The notes under the pieces: model-generated
What the model saw: the letters and a program-made list of their open reading frames with translations, nothing else
Told to the model about the DNA's origin: nothing
Databases searched by the model: none
Program-made: the position numbers and the translations under genes
Origin: an uncultured Mycoplasmatota bacterium
GTDB taxonomy: Bacteria > Bacillota_I > Bacilli_A > RF39 > UBA660
DNA length: 44,240 bases
Direction: 5' to 3'
Assembly (NCBI GenBank): GCA_946639185.1
Contig: CAMPBR010000004.1
Coordinates: 1 to 44,240 of the forward strand
Part shown: piece by piece, positions 1-11,138 of the stretch
How positions within the stretch are numbered: the first letter of the stretch is position 1
Layout: each line of letters starts with the position of its first letter

Positions 1-42
1 AGTAAAGAATATATTACTAAAACTGTATCTGAATATGAAAAT

Positions 43-2535
43 ATGTTACTTGATAATATCAAGAACATAAAAGAAGATATAAATAATTTATCCATAATAT
101 TAGATGGTGAATATATATCTAAATTAGAAGATAATTTAAGCTTATTATTAAATAGTACTGATTATACTTCCATAAAAGAAAATTCTACTGTATCTATTCC
201 TAATCTACCAAAGAATAGTGGATCTTTAGCTTCTAAATTAAAAGAAGATATAAAGAAAAATATTGATTCTATAAAAGAATTAACTAATTTTCCTTTAGAT
301 AAACTATTAGATGATTATACTTATACTAGAGATTATTTAGAAATAATAATAGATATATTACTAAAACTAGATGAAAAGATAATGGATTATAAAATAAAAG
401 CTAATGCATATGAATTTGTAGATATATCTAAACTAGCCATTTCTTTAGTAAAGAATAATCCAGATATAAAAGAAGAATTAACTAATTATTTTAACGAAAT
501 AATGATAGATGAATATCAAGATACATCTGATCTTCAAGAAGAGTTTATAAGTTTAATAGCTAATCATAATACTTATATGGTAGGTGATATTAAACAATCT
601 ATTTATAGATTTAGAAATGCTAATCCTAATATATTTAAAAATAAATATTTAGAATATGCTAAAAAAAATGATGGTATAAAAATAGATTTAAATAAAAACT
701 TTAGAAGTAGAAGTGAAGTACTTGATAATATAAATAAAATATTTAATAGTGTTATGTCTTTATCATATGGTGGAGCCAATTACTTAGATTCCCATCAAAT
801 GGTATTTGGAAATACTAACTATAGTGAAAAGGGAAGTACCACTCAAGATTATAATCTAGAAATAAAAAATTATACTAAAGAGAAAGATTCTATTTATTCT
901 AAATATTCAAATGATGAAATAGAAGCTTTTATAATAGCTAAAGATATTAAAGAAAAAGTAGATTCTAAATATCAAATATTTGATAAGGATAGCCTAGAGT
1001 TTCACAATATAAACTATAGTGACTTCGTAATTCTACTTGATAGAAGTACTAAATTTAATTTATATAAAAAGATATTTGAATACTTAAACATCCCACTTAC
1101 TTTATTAAAAGATATTGATATTAGTGGATATGACGAAGTATACTTAATAAAAAATATATTAAAATTAATAGAATGTGTTAAAGATAATATAATTGATAAT
1201 TCGTTTAAATATTCATATATGAGTATAGCTAGAAGTTATTTATTTAGACTAAGTGATGAAGAAATATACTTAAGTATTACTAATAATAATTACAAAGATT
1301 CTATTATTATAGAAAAAATAAATAATATTATTAAAGATATAGATTTACTTGATTTAAAAAACCTAATTAAAAGAATAATATCTGAATTTGATTTTTACAA
1401 CAAGATGTTAAATGTAGATAGTATAGAAGAAAGAATGACGGTCTTAGAATATTTTGATTCGTTAACCGATACTTTAACTAGTCTAGATTATGATTATCAT
1501 ATGTTTATTAATTATTTAGATGATATAGTAAATGATAAAAGTAAAAAGATAGAAGTACCAGTATCAGTAGTATCTGAAAACAGTGTTAGAATTATGACTA
1601 TTCATAAATCTAAGGGTCTAGAATATCCTATATGTTATTATGCTGGAGTAGGAGCAAGTTTTAATATAAGAGATTTGACAGACAAGATTATGTTCGATAA
1701 TAAATATGGTATTATTGTTCCAAGTTTTAAAGAAGGATATATTGATACATTTATAAAATCTTTAGTAAAAAAGAAATATTATATAGAAGAAATATCAGAA
1801 AAAATTAGATTATTTTATGTAGCTTTAACTCGTTGTAAAGAAAAAATGATAGTAGTAGCTGATATTAAAGATGATGAAACAGTTGAATTAACAGATGCTT
1901 TTAAAGAAAATTATAGATCATTTTTAGATATATTAAATAGTGTTAGAGATAAATTAGAAGATTATATAACTATAGTTAATTTAGATAATATAAATATAAC
2001 TAAAGATTACTTATCTAAAGATATAATAAAAGTACTAAATATTGAAAATAAAGAAAAAATAGAAGTAAATGAATTTAGTATAGAAAACTCTTTAGTAGAA
2101 GATAGTCATTTTTCAAAAACAGTTTCTAAGTTAATTACTAAAGAAGAAAAAGATAATATGATGTTTGGTACTCTAATTCATGAACTATTTGAAATAGTAG
2201 ATTTTAAAAATCCTGATTTAGATAATTTAGAAGTAAATTCTAATTATAAAAAGTATATTACTAATTTCTTAAATCAAGATTTATTATCTAATGTAAAAGA
2301 AGCTAATATCTTAAAAGAATATGAATTTTATACTAAAGATAAACATGGTATTATTGATTTAATGTTAGAATATCCTGATCATATAGATGTAATTGATTAT
2401 AAATTGAAACACATAGATGATCCATTATATGTAGAACAATTATCTGGATATAAAGAATATATTGAATCTAAAACCAATAAAAATGTTAATATCTACTTAT
2501 ATTCAATAATCGATAATAAATTTAATAAATTATAA
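43..2535 (+). CDS. addA: ATP-dependent helicase/nuclease subunit A (UvrD-like helicase plus C-terminal nuclease); 5' end probably lies upstream of the window
   Basis: Helicase motifs IMIDEYQDT, VGDIKQSIYRFR, NFRS, MTIHKSKGLE, YVALTR; C-terminal GIIDL..IDYK nuclease motif; Walker A absent so the N-terminus is missing. Confidence 0.85.
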   Translation: MLLDNIKNIKEDINNLSIILDGEYISKLEDNLSLLLNSTDYTSIKENSTVSIPNLPKNSGSLASKLKEDIKKNIDSIKELTNFPLDKLLDDYTYTRDYLEIIIDILLKLDEKIMDYKIKANAYEFVDISKLAISLVKNNPDIKEELTNYFNEIMIDEYQDTSDLQEEFISLIANHNTYMVGDIKQSIYRFRNANPNIFKNKYLEYAKKNDGIKIDLNKNFRSRSEVLDNINKIFNSVMSLSYGGANYLDSHQMVFGNTNYSEKGSTTQDYNLEIKNYTKEKDSIYSKYSNDEIEAFIIAKDIKEKVDSKYQIFDKDSLEFHNINYSDFVILLDRSTKFNLYKKIFEYLNIPLTLLKDIDISGYDEVYLIKNILKLIECVKDNIIDNSFKYSYMSIARSYLFRLSDEEIYLSITNNNYKDSIIIEKINNIIKDIDLLDLKNLIKRIISEFDFYNKMLNVDSIEERMTVLEYFDSLTDTLTSLDYDYHMFINYLDDIVNDKSKKIEVPVSVVSENSVRIMTIHKSKGLEYPICYYAGVGASFNIRDLTDKIMFDNKYGIIVPSFKEGYIDTFIKSLVKKKYYIEEISEKIRLFYVALTRCKEKMIVVADIKDDETVELTDAFKENYRSFLDILNSVRDKLEDYITIVNLDNINITKDYLSKDIIKVLNIENKEKIEVNEFSIENSLVEDSHFSKTVSKLITKEEKDNMMFGTLIHELFEIVDFKNPDLDNLEVNSNYKKYITNFLNQDLLSNVKEANILKEYEFYTKDKHGIIDLMLEYPDHIDVIDYKLKHIDDPLYVEQLSGYKEYIESKTNKNVNIYLYSIIDNKFNKL

Positions 2536-2559
2536 GAAAGTTTAAAAACTTTCTTTTTT
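2534..2559 (+). terminator. Intrinsic terminator after addA
   Basis: AAGAAAGTTT-AA-AAACTTTCTT followed by a T-run. Confidence 0.7.
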
Positions 2560-2733
2560 GTTTTCCAAAAAGTAAAAAAATATAAATAAACTTTTTGAAT
2601 ATTTATATTATTCAGTGGATTATTATAGTATTCTTAGTGGTTATAATCTTATTAAAATATTTTTTTGGCATTATTTTCTTGAAATGAAAAATAATGTATT
2701 ATATAATTAAAGTATAAATAATAGGAGGATACT

Positions 2734-4431
2734 ATGAACAAGAAAAAAATCGTAGTATCAGTTCTAGGAATCTTAGGAATAGTACTAGCAACTATTGGAG
2801 TAACATACGCGTTCTTTAGTTATTCTAAAACTGGTACGATTGATAACACAATAACATCTGGGTCAATTAACTTTAAGTATACGGAAGGAAATAGAAAAAT
2901 TGAAATTGATGAATTAATGCCTATGACAGACGATCAAGGTAAAGCATTATCAAATTATTTTGACTTTGATATTAGTGCTAAAACATCAAGGACAGTAGAT
3001 ATTCCATATGATATAACTGTAAGAAAAGCTACAGGCGAAAATATACTTCCAGATAATATAATAAAAGTATATTTAACTAAAGTAGTAAATGGTGTAGAAG
3101 AAGATATATTATTAGATACAGCTGATCATTTAAATGGATATAGTAATTCAAAAATAAATATCCCAGCATCAGAAAAGTTATTATATACATCAAAAGTATC
3201 AGCAGGGGATACTAATTATTCTGTAAGCTATCGTTTAAGAATGTGGATTTCAACTAGTGCAAATTATATTGATCAAACAGGACAAACAGATCAATATCCA
3301 CTTGAAGGAAAATCATATTCCTTAACAGTAAACGTATATGGTGAAGGATTAGATATAGGAGAAAGTGGAGTAGCAACAAGACAAAACACTAATATAACAT
3401 CTATATCATTAGATAATACTAATCTAACACTAAATAATGGAGTATACACAGGAGAAGCTATAATGCCTGAAGGAGAAACATCAATGACAAAAACAATCGT
3501 AGTTGAAACTGAAAATCCTAATGCAACAGTAACGGCAGAGAAAGTTGAGTCTCCAACTTCAATGAATATAGAAAAAAGTAAAACAAAAAAACTATCAACA
3601 AGTGTACAACTAGAAAACCTAACAGTAGGAGAAAATAACTATATAATAACAGTAAGAGGAGAAGATAATAGAACTACTCATCAGTTTAATTTGAGTATAA
3701 CAGTAGAAGGTGCTGTTGTCAATCCGGTGTCTTTTGTAACAGATGACTGGGTAACAATACAAAAAGCAGTACAAAAAAATAATACAAGTGCCTATAATGT
3801 AGGTGATACACGAACTATTGAACTTGGAAATAATTTAGGAACACATACATTAAGAATTGCTAACAAAACAACATGCACAAATGGGGAAACTTCAGAAACA
3901 GCCTGTGGATTTGTAGTAGAATTTGCTGATATAATTGATAAAAAGGCAATGGGTAGTAATATTAATGTTAATGGATATCCAGGATCAAGTATAATGTATG
4001 ATTATGTAACTAATACTGTATACAATGCTTTACCAAGTGATTTGAAGGCTGTGATGTTAGATACAACTGTAATCTCATCACATGGAAAAGATGATGTGTG
4101 TGCTAATTGTCAAGGCAGAGATGCTAATAGTAACTATATAACACCTAATCAAAAAATTTATTTGCTAGATTGGCAAGAGGTGTTTAATACAAATACTGAT
4201 AGTAATACAGCGTTTGGAACTACAAGGCAGTTGGATTATTATGCAAACAATAATAATAGTAAGTTGAAATATTATAGTGAATCTGGTGAGAATGTGACTA
4301 CTGAATGGTGGTTAAGATCTGCTAATAGTTATGATTATTCATATTTTGGTATTGTTAGTACATCAGGCATTTATAATAACAGAGATGCTTATAAGATAAA
4401 TGGTGTCTCTCCAGCATTTAGAATTGGATAG
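2734..4431 (+). CDS. Secreted/surface modular protein: signal peptide, beta-sandwich (cadherin-like) middle, DUF6273-like C-terminal domain
   Basis: N-terminal KKK plus hydrophobic stretch ending GVTYAFF; Thr/Asn-rich beta strands; C-terminal WWLRSA...GVSPAFRI motif; AGGAGG RBS. Confidence 0.6.
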   Translation: MNKKKIVVSVLGILGIVLATIGVTYAFFSYSKTGTIDNTITSGSINFKYTEGNRKIEIDELMPMTDDQGKALSNYFDFDISAKTSRTVDIPYDITVRKATGENILPDNIIKVYLTKVVNGVEEDILLDTADHLNGYSNSKINIPASEKLLYTSKVSAGDTNYSVSYRLRMWISTSANYIDQTGQTDQYPLEGKSYSLTVNVYGEGLDIGESGVATRQNTNITSISLDNTNLTLNNGVYTGEAIMPEGETSMTKTIVVETENPNATVTAEKVESPTSMNIEKSKTKKLSTSVQLENLTVGENNYIITVRGEDNRTTHQFNLSITVEGAVVNPVSFVTDDWVTIQKAVQKNNTSAYNVGDTRTIELGNNLGTHTLRIANKTTCTNGETSETACGFVVEFADIIDKKAMGSNINVNGYPGSSIMYDYVTNTVYNALPSDLKAVMLDTTVISSHGKDDVCANCQGRDANSNYITPNQKIYLLDWQEVFNTNTDSNTAFGTTRQLDYYANNNNSKLKYYSESGENVTTEWWLRSANSYDYSYFGIVSTSGIYNNRDAYKINGVSPAFRIG

Positions 4432-4436
4432 TACAT

Positions 4437-4469
4437 AAAAGAATAATTGACTGTCAATTATTCTTTTTT
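4437..4469 (+). terminator. Intrinsic terminator
   Basis: AAAAGAATAATTGAC-T-GTCAATTATTCTTTT inverted repeat with T-tail. Confidence 0.75.
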
Positions 4470-4531
4470 CGTTTTATTATGTATCTATTTTTAGAAATAT
4501 GATATATTATAATGTATAGAGAGGTGTTTTT

Positions 4532-5680
4532 ATGTTTAAGAAAAATAAAGATACTAATGTTGATTATACTAAATTAAATGAAGGCATTAGAATAGGCGTA
4601 GATATATTAAAGATTATGTTAGTTTTAGCTATTGTATCTTTAGTCTTTGTATCTAGTAAACTATTAATTGATTGGAAAATACTTCCTTTTATAAAAACAT
4701 TTTTGAAAATTTTATCTCCATTATTTATCGGAATAGTACTTGCTTGGTTATTTGATCCTTTAGTAACTAGACTTCAAAAAAAAGGTGTTAGTCGCGTACT
4801 TGGATCACTGTTTGTATATGTGGTATTAATATTATTCATATATTTATTGTGCCGATTGATGGTTCCATCTATTGCTAATCAGTTAGAAGATTTAGGGAAA
4901 AACGTACCAGATTTTGTTAATTATTTAAAGAAGAATATTGATTCATTCTTCGATACTATTGGATCTGGTAGTGATTTTGATTATGATAGTGTTAAAGATG
5001 CTTTATATAATGGAATTAATAATGTTAGTAATTCGTTAACTGTTGATTTACCAGGTAAGATTGTATCAATTACTACAGGAATAGTAGCTGGAGGAGTAAA
5101 TTTACTTTTAGGTATGTTTGTAGGACTTTATATGCTTTTTGATTTTGATAGTGTTAAAGATCATATTCATAGCTTAGTACCTAAAAAATATAAAAAAGAT
5201 ACATTTGAATTAATGGGAAGATTAAATAGTAATCTAAAAAGTTATGTACAAGGAACATTACTTATTATGGGTATATTATTTGTAATCCAATCTATATCTT
5301 TATCAATAGCTGGTTTAAAAGCCCCATTAGTATTTGGCTTATTTTGTGCACTTACAGATATTATTCCATATATTGGGCCATATATTGGCGGAATACCTGC
5401 TGTACTTGTAGGATTATCAATGAGTCCAACAACTGGTATATTTGTTCTCATTGCTGTAGTTGTATCTCAATCAATTGAAAATTATTTCCTACAACCAGTA
5501 GTTATGGGTAAGACAATGCGCTTGCATCCAGTAACTATTATGATTGGATTATTAGTATTTAATCATTTCTTTGGAATAATAGGAATGGTACTTGCAACAC
5601 CAACAATTTCAATATTAAAAACAATATTTAATTTCTTTAATGAAAAATATAAATTTATGGATAAAATTAAAGAGTATTAG
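4532..5680 (+). CDS. AI-2E family transporter
   Basis: Multiple TM segments; IPYIGPYIG and ENYFLQPVVMG..LHPV motifs. Confidence 0.85.
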   Translation: MFKKNKDTNVDYTKLNEGIRIGVDILKIMLVLAIVSLVFVSSKLLIDWKILPFIKTFLKILSPLFIGIVLAWLFDPLVTRLQKKGVSRVLGSLFVYVVLILFIYLLCRLMVPSIANQLEDLGKNVPDFVNYLKKNIDSFFDTIGSGSDFDYDSVKDALYNGINNVSNSLTVDLPGKIVSITTGIVAGGVNLLLGMFVGLYMLFDFDSVKDHIHSLVPKKYKKDTFELMGRLNSNLKSYVQGTLLIMGILFVIQSISLSIAGLKAPLVFGLFCALTDIIPYIGPYIGGIPAVLVGLSMSPTTGIFVLIAVVVSQSIENYFLQPVVMGKTMRLHPVTIMIGLLVFNHFFGIIGMVLATPTISILKTIFNFFNEKYKFMDKIKEY

Positions 5681-5783
5681 AAAAGCATAATTTTGCTTTT
5701 CTTTTTTTACTAAAAAACTATAACTTTCAATTGATTATTTAATAAAAAAATGCTAAAATAAGAGTGTTGAAAAAATTATATAA

Positions 5784-5960
5784 GATGTTGATTAAAGATG
5801 AGTACTAATTGGTTATATTTTAGAGAGAATCTGGTTGGTGAAAAGATTTTTATTAAGATTAGGAAGCTACTTTATGAGTCTTACGGTAATACCGTTATCA
5901 GAAATTAAGGCCTTGTTAGGATGGTACCGTGCAATAAGCACTCCTAGCGTGGTCTTTTTA
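5784..5960 (+). promoter_or_regulatory. T-box riboswitch (Ala specifier GCT)
   Basis: AGAGA and GGTGAAA stem I motifs; GAA-GCT specifier loop (GCT at 5866-5868); T-box AGGATGGTACCGTG at ~5918-5931; T-run at ~5955-5959; alaS downstream. Confidence 0.85.
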
Positions 5961-5981
5961 TGTCTAAAAGAGAGGGATATT

Positions 5982-6506
5982 ATGGAAATCTATTTAGTAT
6001 GTGGTAAAGCACAATCTGGTAAAAATACAGCTAGTGGTATGATGAAAAATTATTTAGAAAATAAAAATCTTCGTGTATGCGAAATAGGAATTACTAGAAC
6101 TATTAAGGGTTACGCAAAAGATTATTTTGGCTGGGATGGTAATGAAGATTCTAAACCTAGAAAATTGTTGCAGGATTTAGGTAATACTATTAGAGAAAAA
6201 GATAAATATTTTCATATTAATAGATTATGTGAAGATATTGATAATTTAAAAAATCATTTCGATGTGTTTATCGTTAATGATATTAGACTCCCTTTAGAGA
6301 TAGAAGAAATCAAAAAAAGATTTTCTTGTGTATTAGCAATTGGAATAGAAATGGAAAACTACGTAAGTCCATTAAATAGTGATGAAGCCAGTGATATAAC
6401 TGAGCACGCTTTAGAAAACTATGATAACTTTGATTTTAAGATTATAAATAAAAATATGGAAGATTTAAAACAAGATGTAATTAACATTCTTGAAGGAGGT
6501 AAATAA
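5982..6506 (+). CDS. P-loop nucleoside monophosphate kinase-like protein (dNMP kinase/phosphomevalonate kinase-like)
   Basis: Walker A GKAQSGKNT, RKLLQDLG, DIR..E; start reassigned to ATG 5982 after GAGGG RBS because the longer ORF overlaps the T-box. Confidence 0.7.
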   Translation: MEIYLVCGKAQSGKNTASGMMKNYLENKNLRVCEIGITRTIKGYAKDYFGWDGNEDSKPRKLLQDLGNTIREKDKYFHINRLCEDIDNLKNHFDVFIVNDIRLPLEIEEIKKRFSCVLAIGIEMENYVSPLNSDEASDITEHALENYDNFDFKIINKNMEDLKQDVINILEGGK

Positions 6507-6507
6507 C

Positions 6508-9183
6508 ATGAGATATATGACTTCAACTGAAATTAGAAATATGTGGTATAAGTTCTTTGAAAGCAAAGGACATAAAAAATTAGAAAGTGCACCATTAGTA
6601 CCTATTAATGATGATTCACTTCTTTGGATAAACGCAGGAGTTACTCCACTTAAGAAATATTTTGACGGATCTGAAGTACCTGAATCACGTAGACTTTGTA
6701 GTGTACAAAAATGTATTCGTACTAACGATATAGAAAACGTAGGTAGAACAGCTCGTCACCAAACATTTTTTGAAATGATGGGAAATTTCTCAGTAGGCGA
6801 TTATTTTAAATATGAAGCTATTGAATTTTCTTGGGAATTACTTACAAGCGAAGAATGGTTTGCTATTCCAAAAGAAAAATTATATGTTACTGTTTATACA
6901 GATGATCAAGATGCATATGATAAATGGGTTAGTGTTGGTATGATTGAAGACCATATCGTTAGACTTGATGGAAACTTTTGGGAAATAGGTGAAGGACCAT
7001 GTGGACCAGATTCAGAACTTTTCTATGATAGAGGAGAAAAATATGATCCAGAAGGAAATGCCTTAGAATTATTTAAAGCAGATGAAGATCAAGATAGATA
7101 TGTAGAAATTTGGAATAATGTATTTAGTCAATTTAATTCTAAAGAGGGAGTTGATCGAAAAGATTATAAAGAACTTCCTAGTAAGAATATCGATACTGGA
7201 GCCGGACTTGAAAGATGGGCTTGTATTTTCCAAAATGTTGATTCTAACTTTGACACTGATTTATTTACCCCTTTAATCAAACAAATAGAAGATTTAAGTG
7301 GTGTTTTATATAATGGTGGGCTTGAATTTAAAGTTATAGCTGATCATATTAGAGCTATTACAATGGCTTTATCAGATGGTGCCATGTTCGAAAATGTTGG
7401 ACGCGGTTATGTACTTCGTAGACTTTTAAGAAGAAGCGTTAGAATGGGTAAAAAGCTAGGATTAAATGCTCCATTTATGTATAAAATGGTTTCTACTGTT
7501 GTAGATATAATGGGTGAAAGTTATCCATCTTTGAGAGAAACAAGAGCAGTTGTTGAAACACTTGTTTTAAATGAAGAAGAATTATTCCATAAAACTTTAG
7601 CTAGTGGAGAAAGAAGATTACTAGAGCTTATGGAAGAATCTGAAAATAAATTTATTCCTGGTTCTGAAGTATTTAAACTATATGATACATATGGCTTCCC
7701 ATACGAATTAACTTTAGAATACTTAAAAGAAAAAGGATTTACAACTTCACGTAGTGAATTTAATTCATATATGGAAGAACAAAAGAAACTTGCTAAGCAA
7801 AATCGTAAACAAGATAGTAATATGAATATTCAAAATGAAGAACTATTAAACTTTAAAGAAAATAGTGAATTTATATATGGTGAAGATTCTCTTAAAGCAA
7901 AAGTAATTGGCCTATTTGATGGAGAAAAATTTGTTGATAAATTAGATAAAACTGGATACGTGGTATTAGATAAAACATGCTTCTACCAAGAATCTGGTGG
8001 TCAAGTATCTGATACTGGAATGCTTACTTCATCTAACTTTAAAGCACGTGTATTAGATGTTAAAAAGGCACCTAATGGTCAACCATTACATGAAATAAAA
8101 GTACTTGATGGAGTTGTTTCATTAAATGATGGAGTTACATGTAATATTGATATTGATAGAAGAAGAAAAATAGAAGTAAACCATTCTAGTGTTCACTTAA
8201 CTCAATATGCTTTAAGAACATATATTTCTGATACCATTAAACAAGCAGGAAGTTATGTTGATGAATTTGGATATCGTTTTGATTTTACTTATACTGGTAA
8301 AATATTAGATGATGTTATTATTGAAATAGAAGATTTTATTAATGGTTATGTTAAACAAAATATTGAAACTAATACTGAAATAATGAGTTTAGAAGAAGCA
8401 AAGAAAACTGGCGCTATGGCATTATTCTCAGAAAAATATGGAGATACAGTAAGAGTTGTTACTATTGGAGATTCTAAAGAATTATGTGGTGGTACACATA
8501 TTAAAAATACTAGTGAAATTAAGAAATTAGCTATTGTTAAAGTAGAATCTAAAGGAAGTAATGTTTACCGTATTGAAGGTGTAACTAATGATATGGTAGA
8601 AGATAGATTATTAGAAGCTATTAAGCCATATAATGATGAAAAAATTAAACTATTAATGAAAGCTAGAAATATTATTAGTTTAGCAAAACAAGAAGGTATT
8701 AGTTTAAATTTTGATATCGAAATTGATAATAAAGAACCATTAGGATATAAAGATATTATTAATGAAAAGAATGAACTTGAATATACTCAAGATGAAGTTA
8801 AGAATTTAGAAAAAGAATATAAACAAGAAAAATCTAAACTAGCTTTAAATGATTTATCAGTTTATGAAAAAGATATCAAAGAAAAAGATGATTATAAATA
8901 TTTAATTACTAAAGTTAATAATATTGATACAAATGTTTTAAAAGATATCTGTGATACATTAGTTAATAAAATGGGTAGAGGTTATATATTAATAGCTAAT
9001 GTTAAAGATAATAATGTAAGTTATATAGCTAGAAGTAATATGGATACTAAAAAAGCTGGAGATATCTTAAAAGATGTTGTTACTAAATTAAATGGTAAGG
9101 GTGGAGGAAGTCCTACTTTTGCGCAAGGTGGATCACAATTATCAGATAATTTAGATGAAGTATTAAATAGTATTGAGGACTAA
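6508..9183 (+). CDS. alaS: Alanine--tRNA ligase
   Basis: NAGV, QKCIR, RHQTFFEMMGNFS, DTGAGLER, HSSVH and ELCGGTH editing motifs, GKGGG C-Ala domain; GGAGG RBS before ATG 6508. Confidence 0.97.
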   Translation: MRYMTSTEIRNMWYKFFESKGHKKLESAPLVPINDDSLLWINAGVTPLKKYFDGSEVPESRRLCSVQKCIRTNDIENVGRTARHQTFFEMMGNFSVGDYFKYEAIEFSWELLTSEEWFAIPKEKLYVTVYTDDQDAYDKWVSVGMIEDHIVRLDGNFWEIGEGPCGPDSELFYDRGEKYDPEGNALELFKADEDQDRYVEIWNNVFSQFNSKEGVDRKDYKELPSKNIDTGAGLERWACIFQNVDSNFDTDLFTPLIKQIEDLSGVLYNGGLEFKVIADHIRAITMALSDGAMFENVGRGYVLRRLLRRSVRMGKKLGLNAPFMYKMVSTVVDIMGESYPSLRETRAVVETLVLNEEELFHKTLASGERRLLELMEESENKFIPGSEVFKLYDTYGFPYELTLEYLKEKGFTTSRSEFNSYMEEQKKLAKQNRKQDSNMNIQNEELLNFKENSEFIYGEDSLKAKVIGLFDGEKFVDKLDKTGYVVLDKTCFYQESGGQVSDTGMLTSSNFKARVLDVKKAPNGQPLHEIKVLDGVVSLNDGVTCNIDIDRRRKIEVNHSSVHLTQYALRTYISDTIKQAGSYVDEFGYRFDFTYTGKILDDVIIEIEDFINGYVKQNIETNTEIMSLEEAKKTGAMALFSEKYGDTVRVVTIGDSKELCGGTHIKNTSEIKKLAIVKVESKGSNVYRIEGVTNDMVEDRLLEAIKPYNDEKIKLLMKARNIISLAKQEGISLNFDIEIDNKEPLGYKDIINEKNELEYTQDEVKNLEKEYKQEKSKLALNDLSVYEKDIKEKDDYKYLITKVNNIDTNVLKDICDTLVNKMGRGYILIANVKDNNVSYIARSNMDTKKAGDILKDVVTKLNGKGGGSPTFAQGGSQLSDNLDEVLNSIED

Positions 9184-9185
9184 TA

Positions 9186-10109
9186 ATGAATAATTATTTA
9201 GTAGTTACAAATGATAAAATTACTTTAGATGAGAAAATAAACGAATTAAATAAAGATAAAGTATCAGAAGTAGTCTTCTATGATTTAATAGAAACTAATA
9301 TCGAAAAATTAATAGAAGACTTAGATACTATTAATTTTTTATCTAATAAAAAGATAATTGTTGGTACTAATGCTTTCTTTTTATCAAGTGATAAAACAAA
9401 ATCAAACATTGTCCATAATACTGATCTTTTAGAAAAGTATTTAGATAATCCTAGTGATAATATATTGATACTTGTTACTGATAATATTGATAAAAGAAAG
9501 AAATTAACTTCTAATATTTTAAAAAAATGTGAACTTATTGAAGAAATAACAGATATTAATTCATTGATTAAGAAAAGATTAGAAGATTATAAAATGGATA
9601 GTAGAGCTACTTCTAAATTAATAGAATTTTGTGGTAATGATCATGAAAGAATATTTAATGAGTTAGAAAAACTTAAATTATATAAATTAGATAGTAAAGA
9701 AATAACTATATCTGATATAGAAGAAATAGTTACTCCTACATTAGATGATAATATATTTCACTTTGTAGATAGTATTTTATCAGGAAATAAAGAATATGCT
9801 TTTAAGTTATATCATAATTTCTTATTACATGGGGAACAAGTAGTTCATATGCTTATTTTAATTTCAAATAAAGTAAGACTTATATATCAAGTTAAAGTTC
9901 TTTCTAATAAAGGAAATAGTGATTCAAATATTTCTAAGCTTTTAAAAGTACATGAATATCCTGTTAAACTAGCTCGTGAAGCAGGATATAAGTATTCTGA
10001 ACAACACTTACTTGAAATACTTGAAAAATTAGCTAAACTTGATTTAGAAATTAAAAGTGGTGAAACAATTGGAGAAGTAGAATTTGAAACACTACTTGCT
10101 AGTATATAG
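9186..10109 (+). CDS. holA: DNA polymerase III delta subunit
   Basis: IDKRKK, NELEKL, NIFHFVD, VHEYPVK, DLEIKSG patterns; 307 aa. Confidence 0.85.
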   Translation: MNNYLVVTNDKITLDEKINELNKDKVSEVVFYDLIETNIEKLIEDLDTINFLSNKKIIVGTNAFFLSSDKTKSNIVHNTDLLEKYLDNPSDNILILVTDNIDKRKKLTSNILKKCELIEEITDINSLIKKRLEDYKMDSRATSKLIEFCGNDHERIFNELEKLKLYKLDSKEITISDIEEIVTPTLDDNIFHFVDSILSGNKEYAFKLYHNFLLHGEQVVHMLILISNKVRLIYQVKVLSNKGNSDSNISKLLKVHEYPVKLAREAGYKYSEQHLLEILEKLAKLDLEIKSGETIGEVEFETLLASI

Positions 10110-10191
10110 AGGTTTTATACCTCTTTTTTTATTAATCTTTTCATTTTTATTATTTTGTGGTATAATATACACAATTTGTAGGGGAACAATT

Positions 10192-11067
10192 ATGAAAAAT
10201 GAAGAATGTATAGAATTATTTAAAGAATATAGTGATTATTTTAGTTTTAAGGCAAGTAACTTTGATATATTAGCTAAATTAGATCCTAGTGAGTATGATT
10301 CAGAAGAAAATATCCAATATACTACGCCATTATTAAATGAAATATTTAATTTTTCATTAATATATTATGGTTTAGATATTTTTTACTTAGAAGGATTAGC
10401 TGGTGATTGTAGAGTTAAATTGTATAATGAAGTTAACAATATTTCCAAAGCATGTTCATATTATTTATCTAATTTAGTTGATGAAAAATCAATGCATCCA
10501 ACAGTAAAAAGATATGATTATGTGACTAATGGTATGGCACATTTTGAATTGATGCATGAACTATTAAATTGCATATTAGACCAAACATCAGCAGGTGATG
10601 ATGAATATATTTCAAAATTATTTAATAGTATAGATGTACATGATAGTTCAGCTGATGGTCTATTAACAAATGAATTTATTCATAATATAAAGAACTATAT
10701 GAGTAAAGCCGCTTTTATACATTACGTTGCTGATTGTGCATTAAAAAAATCATTAAGAAAACTTTTACTCTTGAGCGCTCAAAATGATATATTAGCAGTT
10801 GGTTATAGTGATAATGTTAATTATGTATTACGTGGAGTTAAACTTGATAGTTCAAAAGAAGAGGGATTTGTATTTTGCGGTATAAATAATGATCAAACCC
10901 TTTATTTAGCAGAAATATTCAATATCTTAAATAATCTGCCTATTTTTTCTAATAGAGAATTAAACAAGAATATTAAAGATGCAAAAGAAAACTATCATGA
11001 ATATAAGAACAATCAATACTTATACTTAAAAAGCACTAATATTGAACAACAGATATTAAATAAATAA
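10192..11067 (+). CDS. Hypothetical protein
   Basis: Long ORF; start moved to ATG 10192 after GGGG RBS and TGGTATAAT extended -10. Confidence 0.6.
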   Translation: MKNEECIELFKEYSDYFSFKASNFDILAKLDPSEYDSEENIQYTTPLLNEIFNFSLIYYGLDIFYLEGLAGDCRVKLYNEVNNISKACSYYLSNLVDEKSMHPTVKRYDYVTNGMAHFELMHELLNCILDQTSAGDDEYISKLFNSIDVHDSSADGLLTNEFIHNIKNYMSKAAFIHYVADCALKKSLRKLLLLSAQNDILAVGYSDNVNYVLRGVKLDSSKEEGFVFCGINNDQTLYLAEIFNILNNLPIFSNRELNKNIKDAKENYHEYKNNQYLYLKSTNIEQQILNK

Positions 11068-11138
11068 TTTATTCATTTAAAAAAAAATCCAAAAATATTT
11101 GGATTTTTCTTGTATAATATATAATATGGAGGGTTAAT

